Shown here in pieces: positions 1 to 8,497 of a DNA stretch of 64,000 bases. Below the pieces are notes generated by a model. It was given only the letters and a program-made list of their open reading frames with translations. It had not been told where the DNA came from and made no database searches. Both the position numbers and the translations under genes were made by a program. The stretch spans positions 2,262-66,261 of the forward strand of contig CABYVV010000003.1 in assembly GCA_902522465.1 (NCBI GenBank), given 5' to 3'. Each line of letters begins with the position of its first letter. Within the stretch, counting starts at the first letter, position 1. This DNA comes from an uncultured Alphaproteobacteria bacterium. GTDB lineage: Bacteria; Pseudomonadota; Alphaproteobacteria; Methylaequorales; Methylaequoraceae.

Positions 1-427
1 AAAGCTATTTTCTGATCTTGGAGCAGAAGTCATTTTAGAGCCTGGTCGATATATTGTTGGCACATCTGGAATAATTCTAACAAGAGTAATTAGAGTAAAA
101 AAAGGAACAAATAAAAATTTTTTAATCGTTGATGCTGGGATGAATAATTTACTACGTCCAGCATTGTACGGAGCAATCCATAATATCTGTCCAGTTAAAT
201 TAAAGGACGATAAAAAGAGGATTTCTTATGATGTTGTTGGCCCAATATGCGAGTCTAGTGATATATTTATAAAAGATATTAAGCTTCCAGAGGTTTTAAA
301 AGATGATCTAATTGCTATTTGCTCCACGGGAGCTTACAGCTCATGTATGGCTTCCGATTATAACCTTAGACCAAAAGCTAGTGAAATTTTTGTTAAAAAA
401 AATAAATTTATAATTTCAAATAATTAA
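1..427 (+). CDS. lysA: diaminopimelate decarboxylase, C-terminal part (5' end lies outside the window)
   Basis: The frame is open from the window edge (first full codon at 2). The translation KLFSDLGAEVILEPGRYIVGTSG...VDAGMNNLLRPALYGAIH...GPICESSD...STGAYSSCMASDYNLRP matches the C-terminal barrel of PLP-dependent DAP/ornithine decarboxylases. Confidence 0.85.
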   Translation, partial: KLFSDLGAEVILEPGRYIVGTSGIILTRVIRVKKGTNKNFLIVDAGMNNLLRPALYGAIHNICPVKLKDDKKRISYDVVGPICESSDIFIKDIKLPEVLKDDLIAICSTGAYSSCMASDYNLRPKASEIFVKKNKFIISNN

Positions 428-428
428 G

Positions 429-1061
429 ATGAAACAAGTTTTTAATTTAAATGATGTATCTTTAATTTCAAAAAAAAAAAAAATTCAAAACATAAATTTA
501 AGGGTTGAAAAAGGAGATTTCTTGGTCATTAAAGGACCAAACTCAACAGGAAAATCCTTACTCTTGAAACTTTTTTATTTAAAAGTTTTACCTTCGTCAG
601 GGAGTTTTTTTCTATGTGGGAAGGAGGTATCAATTAATTTAAAAAAAAGTATTCTAGAATTTAGGAAAAAAATGGGAGTAATACTGCAAAGTGATTATTT
701 AATTCCTTTTTTTTCTGTTTATCAAAATATTGAACTAGCAAGCCAAATTCAAAACTCTACAGAAAATTTTCGTGGAAGAATGAAAGAAATTTCTCAATGG
801 CTCGATTTAGAAGCTATTAAAGATGAAAAGATTTTAAATCTATCAAATAGTCAGAAGCAAAAAGTGGTTATTGCCAGAGCTTTAATAAACAACCCTAAAG
901 TTATAATTGCTGATCAACCAGAAACCTATTTAGATATGGAGTCGAAAAAAAAAATATTTTACCTTTTAGAGTCATTAAATAAAATTGGTTCCACAATTAT
1001 ATTAACTAGTAATAGCTCTAATAACATTGGAGTAAGACATAAGGTTTTAGAGTTGAAATAG
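429..1061 (+). CDS. ftsE: cell-division ABC ATPase FtsE homologue (catalytic motifs degenerate)
   Basis: ABC motif order is Walker A GPNSTGKS, Q-loop ILQSD, signature-like LSNSQ, Walker B VIIAD. An FtsX-like permease follows 2 nt downstream. The ftsEX-ydcF-plsC order is typical of alphaproteobacteria (from memory). Confidence 0.75.
   Translation: MKQVFNLNDVSLISKKKKIQNINLRVEKGDFLVIKGPNSTGKSLLLKLFYLKVLPSSGSFFLCGKEVSINLKKSILEFRKKMGVILQSDYLIPFFSVYQNIELASQIQNSTENFRGRMKEISQWLDLEAIKDEKILNLSNSQKQKVVIARALINNPKVIIADQPETYLDMESKKKIFYLLESLNKIGSTIILTSNSSNNIGVRHKVLELK
470..483 (+). repeat. A14 homopolymer inside ftsE (encodes KKKK)
   Basis: Counted directly in the sequence. Confidence 0.95.
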
Positions 1062-1063
1062 TA

Positions 1064-1963
1064 ATGATTCAATATCAAGACATAATAAAAAGAATTATTC
1101 TTAAAGGCGAAGAACGATTTTTTCATGCATTAACATTTATTGTTATAAGCTTAATAACTATTCATATTGCTATCTATTTTAATTTTTATAAATTTTCAGG
1201 TAATTGGTTAGAAATTGAATCAAGAAAAACAACTTTTATAATAAGTAACAATGCTGAAGAAAAAAAAATACCATTGAACATAACTTCAAATATTGAAAAA
1301 TATTTATTCTCTAACTCAGATAACTTTAATTTCAAAATTATAGAGAGTGATTTAATAAAAGAAAGCCTTGGATTAACAAATTTTTCAGATATGTCAGGTT
1401 TAAAACTCCCGTTTATATTCCAAATTGAAACAAAAAAGAAAAATACAATTGATGATGTTTATTCAACAATTATAAGTTTGTCAGAAAATAGATTAATTGA
1501 AAAGTATTCTCATCAAGATGAATTATTTGAGATTTCATCACTCGTAAATAGAATTAAATTAATTATTTTCATCATGTTATTGGTAATAATCTCATTATTT
1601 GCATTTTTAGTTATGAACATAGTAAAAGCGGCATTGGTAAGTAATTATAAGTTTTTAGAAATGCTTCAGATAATGGGCGCTGGTAGTTTTGAATTAGCAA
1701 AACACATTTCACAAAGTATTGTAAAAAAAATTATCCCTGGAGCTATTCTGAGTGTAATTTTTGTATACATTATAAGTTCTTTGTTAATTAAATTATTTGG
1801 TGTTAATTTTGATTTTTTTAATTCCTCATTCTTCCTTGAAATAAATATTAAAACTCTATTATTGCTAATTGTTTTTATTGGTTTATTTTTAACCCTTCTA
1901 TTGGTATTTTTAACGTGGTACTTATTTTATTTTTTTGAAAAAAGGTTTTTTGACAAATTTTAA
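1064..1963 (+). CDS. ftsX: cell-division permease FtsX homologue
   Basis: Topology fits the FtsX family: an N-terminal TM helix (FHALTFIVISLITIHIAIYF), a soluble loop of about 110 aa, then three C-terminal TM helices. It is adjacent to ftsE. Confidence 0.65.
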   Translation: MIQYQDIIKRIILKGEERFFHALTFIVISLITIHIAIYFNFYKFSGNWLEIESRKTTFIISNNAEEKKIPLNITSNIEKYLFSNSDNFNFKIIESDLIKESLGLTNFSDMSGLKLPFIFQIETKKKNTIDDVYSTIISLSENRLIEKYSHQDELFEISSLVNRIKLIIFIMLLVIISLFAFLVMNIVKAALVSNYKFLEMLQIMGAGSFELAKHISQSIVKKIIPGAILSVIFVYIISSLLIKLFGVNFDFFNSSFFLEINIKTLLLLIVFIGLFLTLLLVFLTWYLFYFFEKRFFDKF

Positions 1964-2528
1964 GAAATTTCTTTTTATCGCTATTTCACTCAGCATAATT
2001 TCTTTTATATGGTGGTTGATATTAATTTTTAATACTTTTCCAAAAAAATTTTATATAAAAGACGATTATTCTAAATATTCGGAAACACTAATAGTTGTCC
2101 TTACAGGTGGAAAAGGAAGAATAGAAAAGGGTCTCGAGTTATTTGAAAAAAATTTTGGAGAATATCTTTTTATTAGTGGAGTTTTTGAAAAGTCAGAACT
2201 AGAGATTAAACATATAGTTGATAATAAACTGATAGATAAGAATTGTTGCGTTATAGTAGATAACAAAGCAAAAAATACTTTTGAAAATGCTGATGAAGTT
2301 AGAAAATGGTTAGATAAAAAAAATAAAATACAGAATATTATTTTAGTGAGTTCTTACTATCACTTACCAAGAAGTTATATTGTTTTTAGGAAAATGATAA
2401 AGACAAAAAATATTGTATTATCTCCAGTCAATAAAAAGATAAGTTTAAACGAGAATTATGGTTTTTATATAAGACTAATAATTCTAGAGTTTTTTAAAAC
2501 CATTTACACCCTATTTCTTGAAGAATGA
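1935..2528 (+). CDS. DUF218 / YdcF (SanA/ElyC-like) family membrane-anchored protein
   Basis: TTG start at 1935, overlapping ftsX by 29 nt. It has an N-terminal TM helix plus VVLTGGKGRIEKGLELF and LVSSYYHLPRS motifs typical of DUF218. Confidence 0.6.
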   Translation: MKKGFLTNFKKFLFIAISLSIISFIWWLILIFNTFPKKFYIKDDYSKYSETLIVVLTGGKGRIEKGLELFEKNFGEYLFISGVFEKSELEIKHIVDNKLIDKNCCVIVDNKAKNTFENADEVRKWLDKKNKIQNIILVSSYYHLPRSYIVFRKMIKTKNIVLSPVNKKISLNENYGFYIRLIILEFFKTIYTLFLEE

Positions 2529-3211
2529 ATTTTATAAGAAGTTTTATTTTTTACTTTTTTTTTTACACATGGACAACATGTTATTTTGTATTATTTTCTC
2601 CAGTCAGATTTTTTAATATTAAACTTGTTATTTATTTATCAAGTTTTTGGACAAGTTCTGTTATCAAATTATCTTATGTAATTTTAGGTATTGATTATAA
2701 AATAACTGGAATAAAGAACATACCCACTAAAGGTAAATTTATAGTAGCCAGTAATCATCAATCGGCTTGGGAAACTTTCTTTATAGGTACACTATTTCCT
2801 GGATCAGTTTTTATTCTGAAAAATGAACTTCGAAAAATTCCTATATTTTCAATGTATTTTAAAAAATTAGGTTTTATTTTTGTAAAAAGAAATCAGCTAA
2901 TAAAATCGCTCAAACTGGTCTTAAAATCGGTAAGAAAACTATCCAAAGAAAAAAATATTTTTGTAATTTTCCCAGAAGGAACACGAATTAACCCTGATGA
3001 TAAAACTAAATTAAATTCAGGTGTATTTGCTATTCATAAATTTACAAGTATTCCAATACTTCCTATTAAACATAATTCCGGTAATTTTTGGGTTAACAAA
3101 AAATTTATTAAAAAAAATGGAACTATAAATGTTGAAATTTTTCCTTTAATAAAAAATCAAACAAATAAAGATAAGTTAATTAAAACACTTGAGAAATATT
3201 ATTATAACTAA
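2525..3211 (+). CDS. plsC: 1-acyl-sn-glycerol-3-phosphate (lysophospholipid) acyltransferase
   Basis: Acyltransferase block I NHQSAWE and block III FPEGTR, with an N-terminal membrane anchor. ATGA overlap with the upstream gene. Confidence 0.8.
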   Translation: MNFIRSFIFYFFFYTWTTCYFVLFSPVRFFNIKLVIYLSSFWTSSVIKLSYVILGIDYKITGIKNIPTKGKFIVASNHQSAWETFFIGTLFPGSVFILKNELRKIPIFSMYFKKLGFIFVKRNQLIKSLKLVLKSVRKLSKEKNIFVIFPEGTRINPDDKTKLNSGVFAIHKFTSIPILPIKHNSGNFWVNKKFIKKNGTINVEIFPLIKNQTNKDKLIKTLEKYYYN

Positions 3212-4080
3212 TTTTTAGATTCTCTTTTTAAAATGCTTTTTCTAATTTGCTTAGTCCTTTTTAGTAATTTGTATATCTCACTTCTATTATCAGAATTTAG
3301 ATTGTTAACAAATTTATTGATATCTTTTAAGAATGAATTGACAGTTTGATTTAAAAAAGCTTTATTTTCAAAAAAAATATCCGTCCACATTTTTGGGTCA
3401 GAGGATCCTATTCTTGTGAAATCTTTAAAACCACCAGCAGAAAAATTAATCAATGCTTGTTTTTTTTTGATATCTAAATTAAAAGCTGTTCCTACTATAG
3501 TAAATGCAATTAAATGAGGAAGATGTGAAGTAATTGACATTATTTTGTCATGTTCAGTGATTTTCATTTTCGCAACCTTCATGCCGATTTTTTTCCATAT
3601 TTGTGAAATTATTTTTACAGATTTATTTTTATTATTCAAAGGTGTAATAATGCACCACTTATTTTGAAATAGTGTTTGTAATGAATTCAGTGCACCTGAG
3701 TGTTCTGTTCCAGCTATTGGATGGCCAGGAACAAGAGAAAATTTTGTCTCATTTAATTTGAGTACTTTTGCATTAAAAATATTTTTCACTGAACCTACAT
3801 CGGAAATAATTTGATCTTTACTAGAGTAATTTGCTATTTCAATTAAAACATCATTTATTGCACTCACAGGAGTACATAAAAAAATTATCGGGCTTTTTTG
3901 AATTCTAACATCAATGACTTCTCTTCCTTCATCAATTGCTTTGACTTTAATTGCATCTTGAAGGTTTTTCTTGGAATGGTCGATACCTATAATTTTTTTA
4001 CAAATCTTTTTAGATTTGAGAGCTAATCCAAGTGATGCGCCTATTAGTCCAGGCCCAATTATTGTAATTTCGTCAAACAT
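3208..4080 (-). CDS. tyrA: prephenate/arogenate dehydrogenase
   Basis: N-terminal Rossmann motif IIGPGLIGASLGLAL and a GHPIAG motif, about 290 aa. It is adjacent to hisC, as in many alphaproteobacteria. Confidence 0.8.
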   Translation of the reverse strand: MFDEITIIGPGLIGASLGLALKSKKICKKIIGIDHSKKNLQDAIKVKAIDEGREVIDVRIQKSPIIFLCTPVSAINDVLIEIANYSSKDQIISDVGSVKNIFNAKVLKLNETKFSLVPGHPIAGTEHSGALNSLQTLFQNKWCIITPLNNKNKSVKIISQIWKKIGMKVAKMKITEHDKIMSITSHLPHLIAFTIVGTAFNLDIKKKQALINFSAGGFKDFTRIGSSDPKMWTDIFFENKAFLNQTVNSFLKDINKFVNNLNSDNRSEIYKLLKRTKQIRKSILKRESKN

Positions 4081-4093
4081 CTTAAAATCATTA

Positions 4094-5203
4094 CTATACT
4101 TTTAATGTTCTTTTTAGCTCTCTTAAAAATTTATTTAAATCTGAGGTTGAGCCAATTGAGACTCTAAAATAATTATCAAGTTTGTAATTTGATAAATCTC
4201 TTACTAAGATATTCTTCTTTTTAAGAGAATCTATAATTTTTAACTTAGAAAATTTATTTGGATCAACTCTAATCAAAATAAAATTTGCAAAGGTTTCATA
4301 TGACTCTAAACCCATGTCATTAATTTTATCTGGTAAAATTTTTCTCCATTTTTCATTATGTTTAACCGATTTTACAAAAAATTTTTTTTCTTGAAGAACA
4401 AGTGATCCAATTTCTTGAGCAATTGAATTTACATTAAATGGACCTCTTATTTTTTCAAGTAGTTCTATTATTTTCGAGTTCGAATATCCCCATCCTAATC
4501 TCAAACCAGCTAAAGCAAATATTTTTGAGAAAGTTCTTGTAACTATTAAATTTGGATATTTATTAACTAAATCTGTCCCATCAGTATATCTGCAATCTGT
4601 TATAAATTCAGAATACGCTCCGTCTAAAACTGTTATCACATTTTTTGGTACCTTATTCAAAAAATCAATAAGTTCATCTCTAAATATAATGGTACCTGTT
4701 GGATTATTGGGGTTTGCAATAAAAATAATTTTTGTTTTTTTATTAATTTTATTTAATATGTTTTTACAGGAAATTCCAAGTTTCTCAGCTTTTGCAAAAA
4801 TCACTTTGCAACCTGATGTTCTTGCAATAATAGGATAGTAAATAAAACCAAATTCACTGCAAATTACCTCACAACTTTCCTTAGAAAATGCTTGTGCGAT
4901 TATAGATAAAATATCGTCAGACCCGTTACCACAAATAATCTGATTAGAATTCAAGTTAAATGTTTTGGATAATGATTTCTTAAGTATTTTAGAGTCACCA
5001 TCTGGATAAATATTAGAATTCATAATTAATGTTTTTATTTTAGCACAAACTTTATGAGGAATATTAAATGGTGATTCATTTGATGAAAGCTTTATGAATT
5101 TCTTGTTTGTGTTAAAATTTGATTCTCCAGGAACATATTTTTCAATTAGATTGATTGATGATTTTGTTAGACTTTCAATATTTATCATAAAAAAATAACT
5201 CAA
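4094..5203 (-). CDS. hisC: histidinol-phosphate aminotransferase
   Basis: Class II aminotransferase features: LSSNESP, NPNNPTG and the PLP-lysine context TFSKIFALAGLRLGW. The real start may be the internal Met (MINIESL). Confidence 0.85.
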   Translation of the reverse strand: MSYFFMINIESLTKSSINLIEKYVPGESNFNTNKKFIKLSSNESPFNIPHKVCAKIKTLIMNSNIYPDGDSKILKKSLSKTFNLNSNQIICGNGSDDILSIIAQAFSKESCEVICSEFGFIYYPIIARTSGCKVIFAKAEKLGISCKNILNKINKKTKIIFIANPNNPTGTIIFRDELIDFLNKVPKNVITVLDGAYSEFITDCRYTDGTDLVNKYPNLIVTRTFSKIFALAGLRLGWGYSNSKIIELLEKIRGPFNVNSIAQEIGSLVLQEKKFFVKSVKHNEKWRKILPDKINDMGLESYETFANFILIRVDPNKFSKLKIIDSLKKKNILVRDLSNYKLDNYFRVSIGSTSDLNKFLRELKRTLKV

Positions 5204-5242
5204 AAAATTATTTTGACTACTTAATCAACATAGTTATGATGC

Positions 5243-6394
5243 GTGCTAAGTCAAATAAATTTAAATAAAATTAAAATGAAATTAAAAATAGAATCTGAAG
5301 TACTTAAATTTAAAAAGTTGGTAAGATTAGATTCTGGTAAAAGAATAAATTCTTGTGAAATAGCATTTAAAACATATGGTAATTTAAATAAGAATAAAAC
5401 GAATGCAATTTTAGTTTGCCACGCTTTGTCTGGAGACCAATATTGTGCAGGTATGAATCCACATACGAATAAGAAAGGTTGGTGGAATGTTTTAATAGGT
5501 CCTGGAAAGGTAATAGATACAAATATCTTTTTTGTAATATGTAGTAACGTTTTAGGAGGATGTATGGGAAGTACTGGTCCTTCCTCATTAAAACCAAAAA
5601 CAAAAACTCGTTACGGACTGCAGTTCCCTGTTATTACTATAAGTGATATGGTAAGACTTCAAGAAAAGTTAATAACCTATCTTGGAATAAAAAAATTATT
5701 CGCAGTAATTGGTGGATCAATGGGTGGTATGCAAGTTTTAGAGTGGGCTGCAAAATTTAATAATAAAATAAATGCTGCAATTCCAATTGCAACTTCATAC
5801 AGGCATTCCGCGCAAAATATTGCTTTTCATGAAATTGGTAGACAGGCAATTATGGCTGATCCTTTTTGGAATAGAGGAAATTACTACAAAAAAAAAATTC
5901 CTAAGGGGGGGTTGTCAGTTGCAAGAATGATAGCACATATTACTTATTTATCAGAGACAGCTTTACAAAGAAAATTTGGAAGAAATCTTCAAAATAGTGA
6001 TTTTTTTTCTTTTGATTTTGATACGGATTTTCAAATTGAAAGTTATTTAAAACATCAAGGAAGTTCATTTGTTGAGAGGTTTGACGCAAATAGTTATTTA
6101 TATATCACAAAAGCGATGGATTACTTTGACTTATCTGCAAATAAAGGTGGTCTAGCAAAAGTTTTTAAAAATACTAATGTAAAATTCTGTTTTTTTACTT
6201 TTACTTCAGACTGGTTATTTCCCACCTCTGAAACAAAAACAATAATTAAATCATTAAATAGTTCAAATTCTATGGTAAGTTTTGTTGAAGTGAAAACTGA
6301 CAAAGGTCATGATGCTTTTTTACTAGATGAACCAGAATTTCATGCTACACTCAAAGGTTTTATTGAGGGTCAAATCACTCAGCAAAAAATATGA
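5243..6394 (+). CDS. metX: homoserine O-acetyltransferase
   Basis: Alpha/beta hydrolase with the nucleophile motif GGSMGGMQ, CHALSGD and a C-terminal GHDAFL. The ORF-track start is GTG at 5243. The ATG at 5276 (MKLKIES) is an equally plausible start. Confidence 0.9.
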   Translation: MLSQINLNKIKMKLKIESEVLKFKKLVRLDSGKRINSCEIAFKTYGNLNKNKTNAILVCHALSGDQYCAGMNPHTNKKGWWNVLIGPGKVIDTNIFFVICSNVLGGCMGSTGPSSLKPKTKTRYGLQFPVITISDMVRLQEKLITYLGIKKLFAVIGGSMGGMQVLEWAAKFNNKINAAIPIATSYRHSAQNIAFHEIGRQAIMADPFWNRGNYYKKKIPKGGLSVARMIAHITYLSETALQRKFGRNLQNSDFFSFDFDTDFQIESYLKHQGSSFVERFDANSYLYITKAMDYFDLSANKGGLAKVFKNTNVKFCFFTFTSDWLFPTSETKTIIKSLNSSNSMVSFVEVKTDKGHDAFLLDEPEFHATLKGFIEGQITQQKI

Positions 6395-6999
6395 GTAATG
6401 TTTTAAGAAACGATTTATTTGCAATTTCAAAATTAATCAACGATGAAGAAAAAATTTTGGATGTTGGATGCGGTGATGGAAATTTACTTGATTATTTGTC
6501 AAGGTTTAAAAATGCAGATTGTAGAGGAATAGAAATAAAGCAATCAGGTGTTAATTCTTGTGTGAAAAAAGGTTTATCTGTAATTCAAGGTGATGCTAAT
6601 TATGATTTAAACGATTACCCTAGTAATACCTTTTCAACTGTAATTTTGAGTCAAACTATTCAAGCAATGATTTATCCTGATGCTGTAATAAAAAATTTAA
6701 TAAGAATTGGAAAACGAGCAATAATCTCTTTCCCGAATTTTGCATACTGGAAGGTGAGAAGAGACTTCCTCATTTCTGGCTTGATGCCAAAAAATGAAAT
6801 ACTATCATATGAATGGTATAACACTCCAAATATTCATTTGTGTTCTTGTAATGATTTCAAATATTTTTGCATGAAGAACCAAGTAAATATAGAGGATTTT
6901 ATTTGTTTAAATGAAAAAGGAAATAAAATGAATAATAATTTTTTTTCAAACCTATTTGCTTACCAAGTCATATTTTGTGTTTCTAAGAGTAAAAAATGA
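6391..6999 (+). CDS. metW: methionine biosynthesis protein MetW
   Basis: SAM-methyltransferase-like motif VLDVGCGDGNLL, about 200 aa. ATGA overlap with metX gives the canonical metXW pair. Confidence 0.85.
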   Translation: MSNVLRNDLFAISKLINDEEKILDVGCGDGNLLDYLSRFKNADCRGIEIKQSGVNSCVKKGLSVIQGDANYDLNDYPSNTFSTVILSQTIQAMIYPDAVIKNLIRIGKRAIISFPNFAYWKVRRDFLISGLMPKNEILSYEWYNTPNIHLCSCNDFKYFCMKNQVNIEDFICLNEKGNKMNNNFFSNLFAYQVIFCVSKSKK

Positions 7000-7013
7000 T
7001 TATGATAAATTAG

Positions 7014-7778
7014 ATGATAAAAGTAATTCAAATTGCAACTTTGTCTGATAATTATTCTTATATTATCATTGATGCTGTGTCTAAGTTAACTGCGTGTATC
7101 GATCCTTCAGTTTCCGGAACGATAGTAAATTTTCTAGAAAAAAATTGTTTAACGTTGAATTACATTATCAACACACATCATCATAATGATCATGTGGGTG
7201 GAAATTTAGAATTAAAAAAAAAATATAATTGTAAGATTATTGGAAATTTTAAGGATCAAGAAAGAATTCCGGAAATTGATATAAAGTTAAAAGATAATGA
7301 AATTTTTAAATTAGGTGAATCCGAATTTAAGGTGATTGATACTCCAGGACATACAATAGGGCATGTGTGTTATTATTTCTCTGAAGATAAAGTTTTGTTT
7401 TCGGGTGACACACTTTTTTCACTTGGCTGTGGAAGGCTTTTTGAGGGTTCAGCAATTCAAATGGTCGAATCTCTGAAAAAATTGAGATTACTTCCAGGAG
7501 AAACTAAGATCTATTGCGGTCATGAATACACACAATCAAATGCAAATTTTGCAATTCATTTAAGTCCAAAAAATAATAAATTAAAAGAAAAAGTAATAAA
7601 AATTGAAAAAACAAGAAAAAAAAAACTTTCTACAATCCCTTCATTAATTGAAGAAGAAGTTTTATTAAATCCTTTTATGAACTTTGATAACGTTAATTAT
7701 ATAAAGGAGATAGGTTTGGAAAATGTAAATGATTATGAGAATTTCAAAAAAATACGAGTGATGAAAGACGAATTTTAG
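7014..7778 (+). CDS. gloB: hydroxyacylglutathione hydrolase (glyoxalase II)
   Basis: Metallo-beta-lactamase motif NTHHHNDHVGG, TPGHTIGH and CGHEYT, about 254 aa. Confidence 0.85.
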   Translation: MIKVIQIATLSDNYSYIIIDAVSKLTACIDPSVSGTIVNFLEKNCLTLNYIINTHHHNDHVGGNLELKKKYNCKIIGNFKDQERIPEIDIKLKDNEIFKLGESEFKVIDTPGHTIGHVCYYFSEDKVLFSGDTLFSLGCGRLFEGSAIQMVESLKKLRLLPGETKIYCGHEYTQSNANFAIHLSPKNNKLKEKVIKIEKTRKKKLSTIPSLIEEEVLLNPFMNFDNVNYIKEIGLENVNDYENFKKIRVMKDEF

Positions 7779-8497
7779 TCCATCCACAAACCACCATTTA
7801 TTGATAGGGTTGCTCCATTTATATAACTTGCCTTATCAGAAACTAGGTAGTTTACCATTTCTGCAACTTCGTCAGCTTCTCCTAATCTTTTGTTTGGAAT
7901 TGTTTCAACAATAGATTTTAAAATATCTTCTCTAATAGCTGCAACCATTTCTGTGTTGATATAACCAGGACACAAGACATTAGATGTAATACTCTTGCTT
8001 GCACTTTCAAGTGCCAAAGATTTCGAAAAACCAATTAATGCTGCCTTTGTTGCAGCATAATTTGCCTGACCAAATTGTCCTTTCTGACCATTAACAGATG
8101 AAATATGAACTATTCTCCCAAATTGATTTTCCCTCATTTGATTTATCACCAATGAAGTCATATTAAAAACAGAATTGAGGTTAACATCTATTACTTTTTG
8201 CCATTTCTCAAGATCCATTTTATGTAGAGGAGCATCTCTTGTTATACCTGCATTATTTACCAAGATATCTATTTTGGAATGATCCTTTAATATTTTAGCA
8301 ATGGAATTCTTACATTCCTCATAATTACTTACATCCCATTTTTTTACTTCAATGTTGTTTTTTTTTGAAAATTCATTGGCTGCTTGATCATTACTGGCAT
8401 AATTAGCTATTACCGTAAAATTTGATGAATGAAGTTTTTTTGAAATTGCTTCACCAATTCCTCTAGTACCCCCCGTAACTAATGCTACTTTACTCAT
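7775..8497 (-). CDS. phbB: acetoacetyl-CoA reductase (SDR family)
   Basis: SDR motifs VTGGTRGIG, NNAG and YAATKAA. Its start overlaps the stop of the upstream thiolase gene by 4 nt. Confidence 0.8.
   Translation of the reverse strand: MSKVALVTGGTRGIGEAISKKLHSSNFTVIANYASNDQAANEFSKKNNIEVKKWDVSNYEECKNSIAKILKDHSKIDILVNNAGITRDAPLHKMDLEKWQKVIDVNLNSVFNMTSLVINQMRENQFGRIVHISSVNGQKGQFGQANYAATKAALIGFSKSLALESASKSITSNVLCPGYINTEMVAAIREDILKSIVETIPNKRLGEADEVAEMVNYLVSDKASYINGATLSINGGLWMD

Noticed and set aside
5204-5275. A possible SAM riboswitch or leader upstream of metX.
   Set aside because: The spacer to divergent hisC is only 39 to 72 nt of AT-rich sequence with no stable stems. That is too short for any known SAM riboswitch class.
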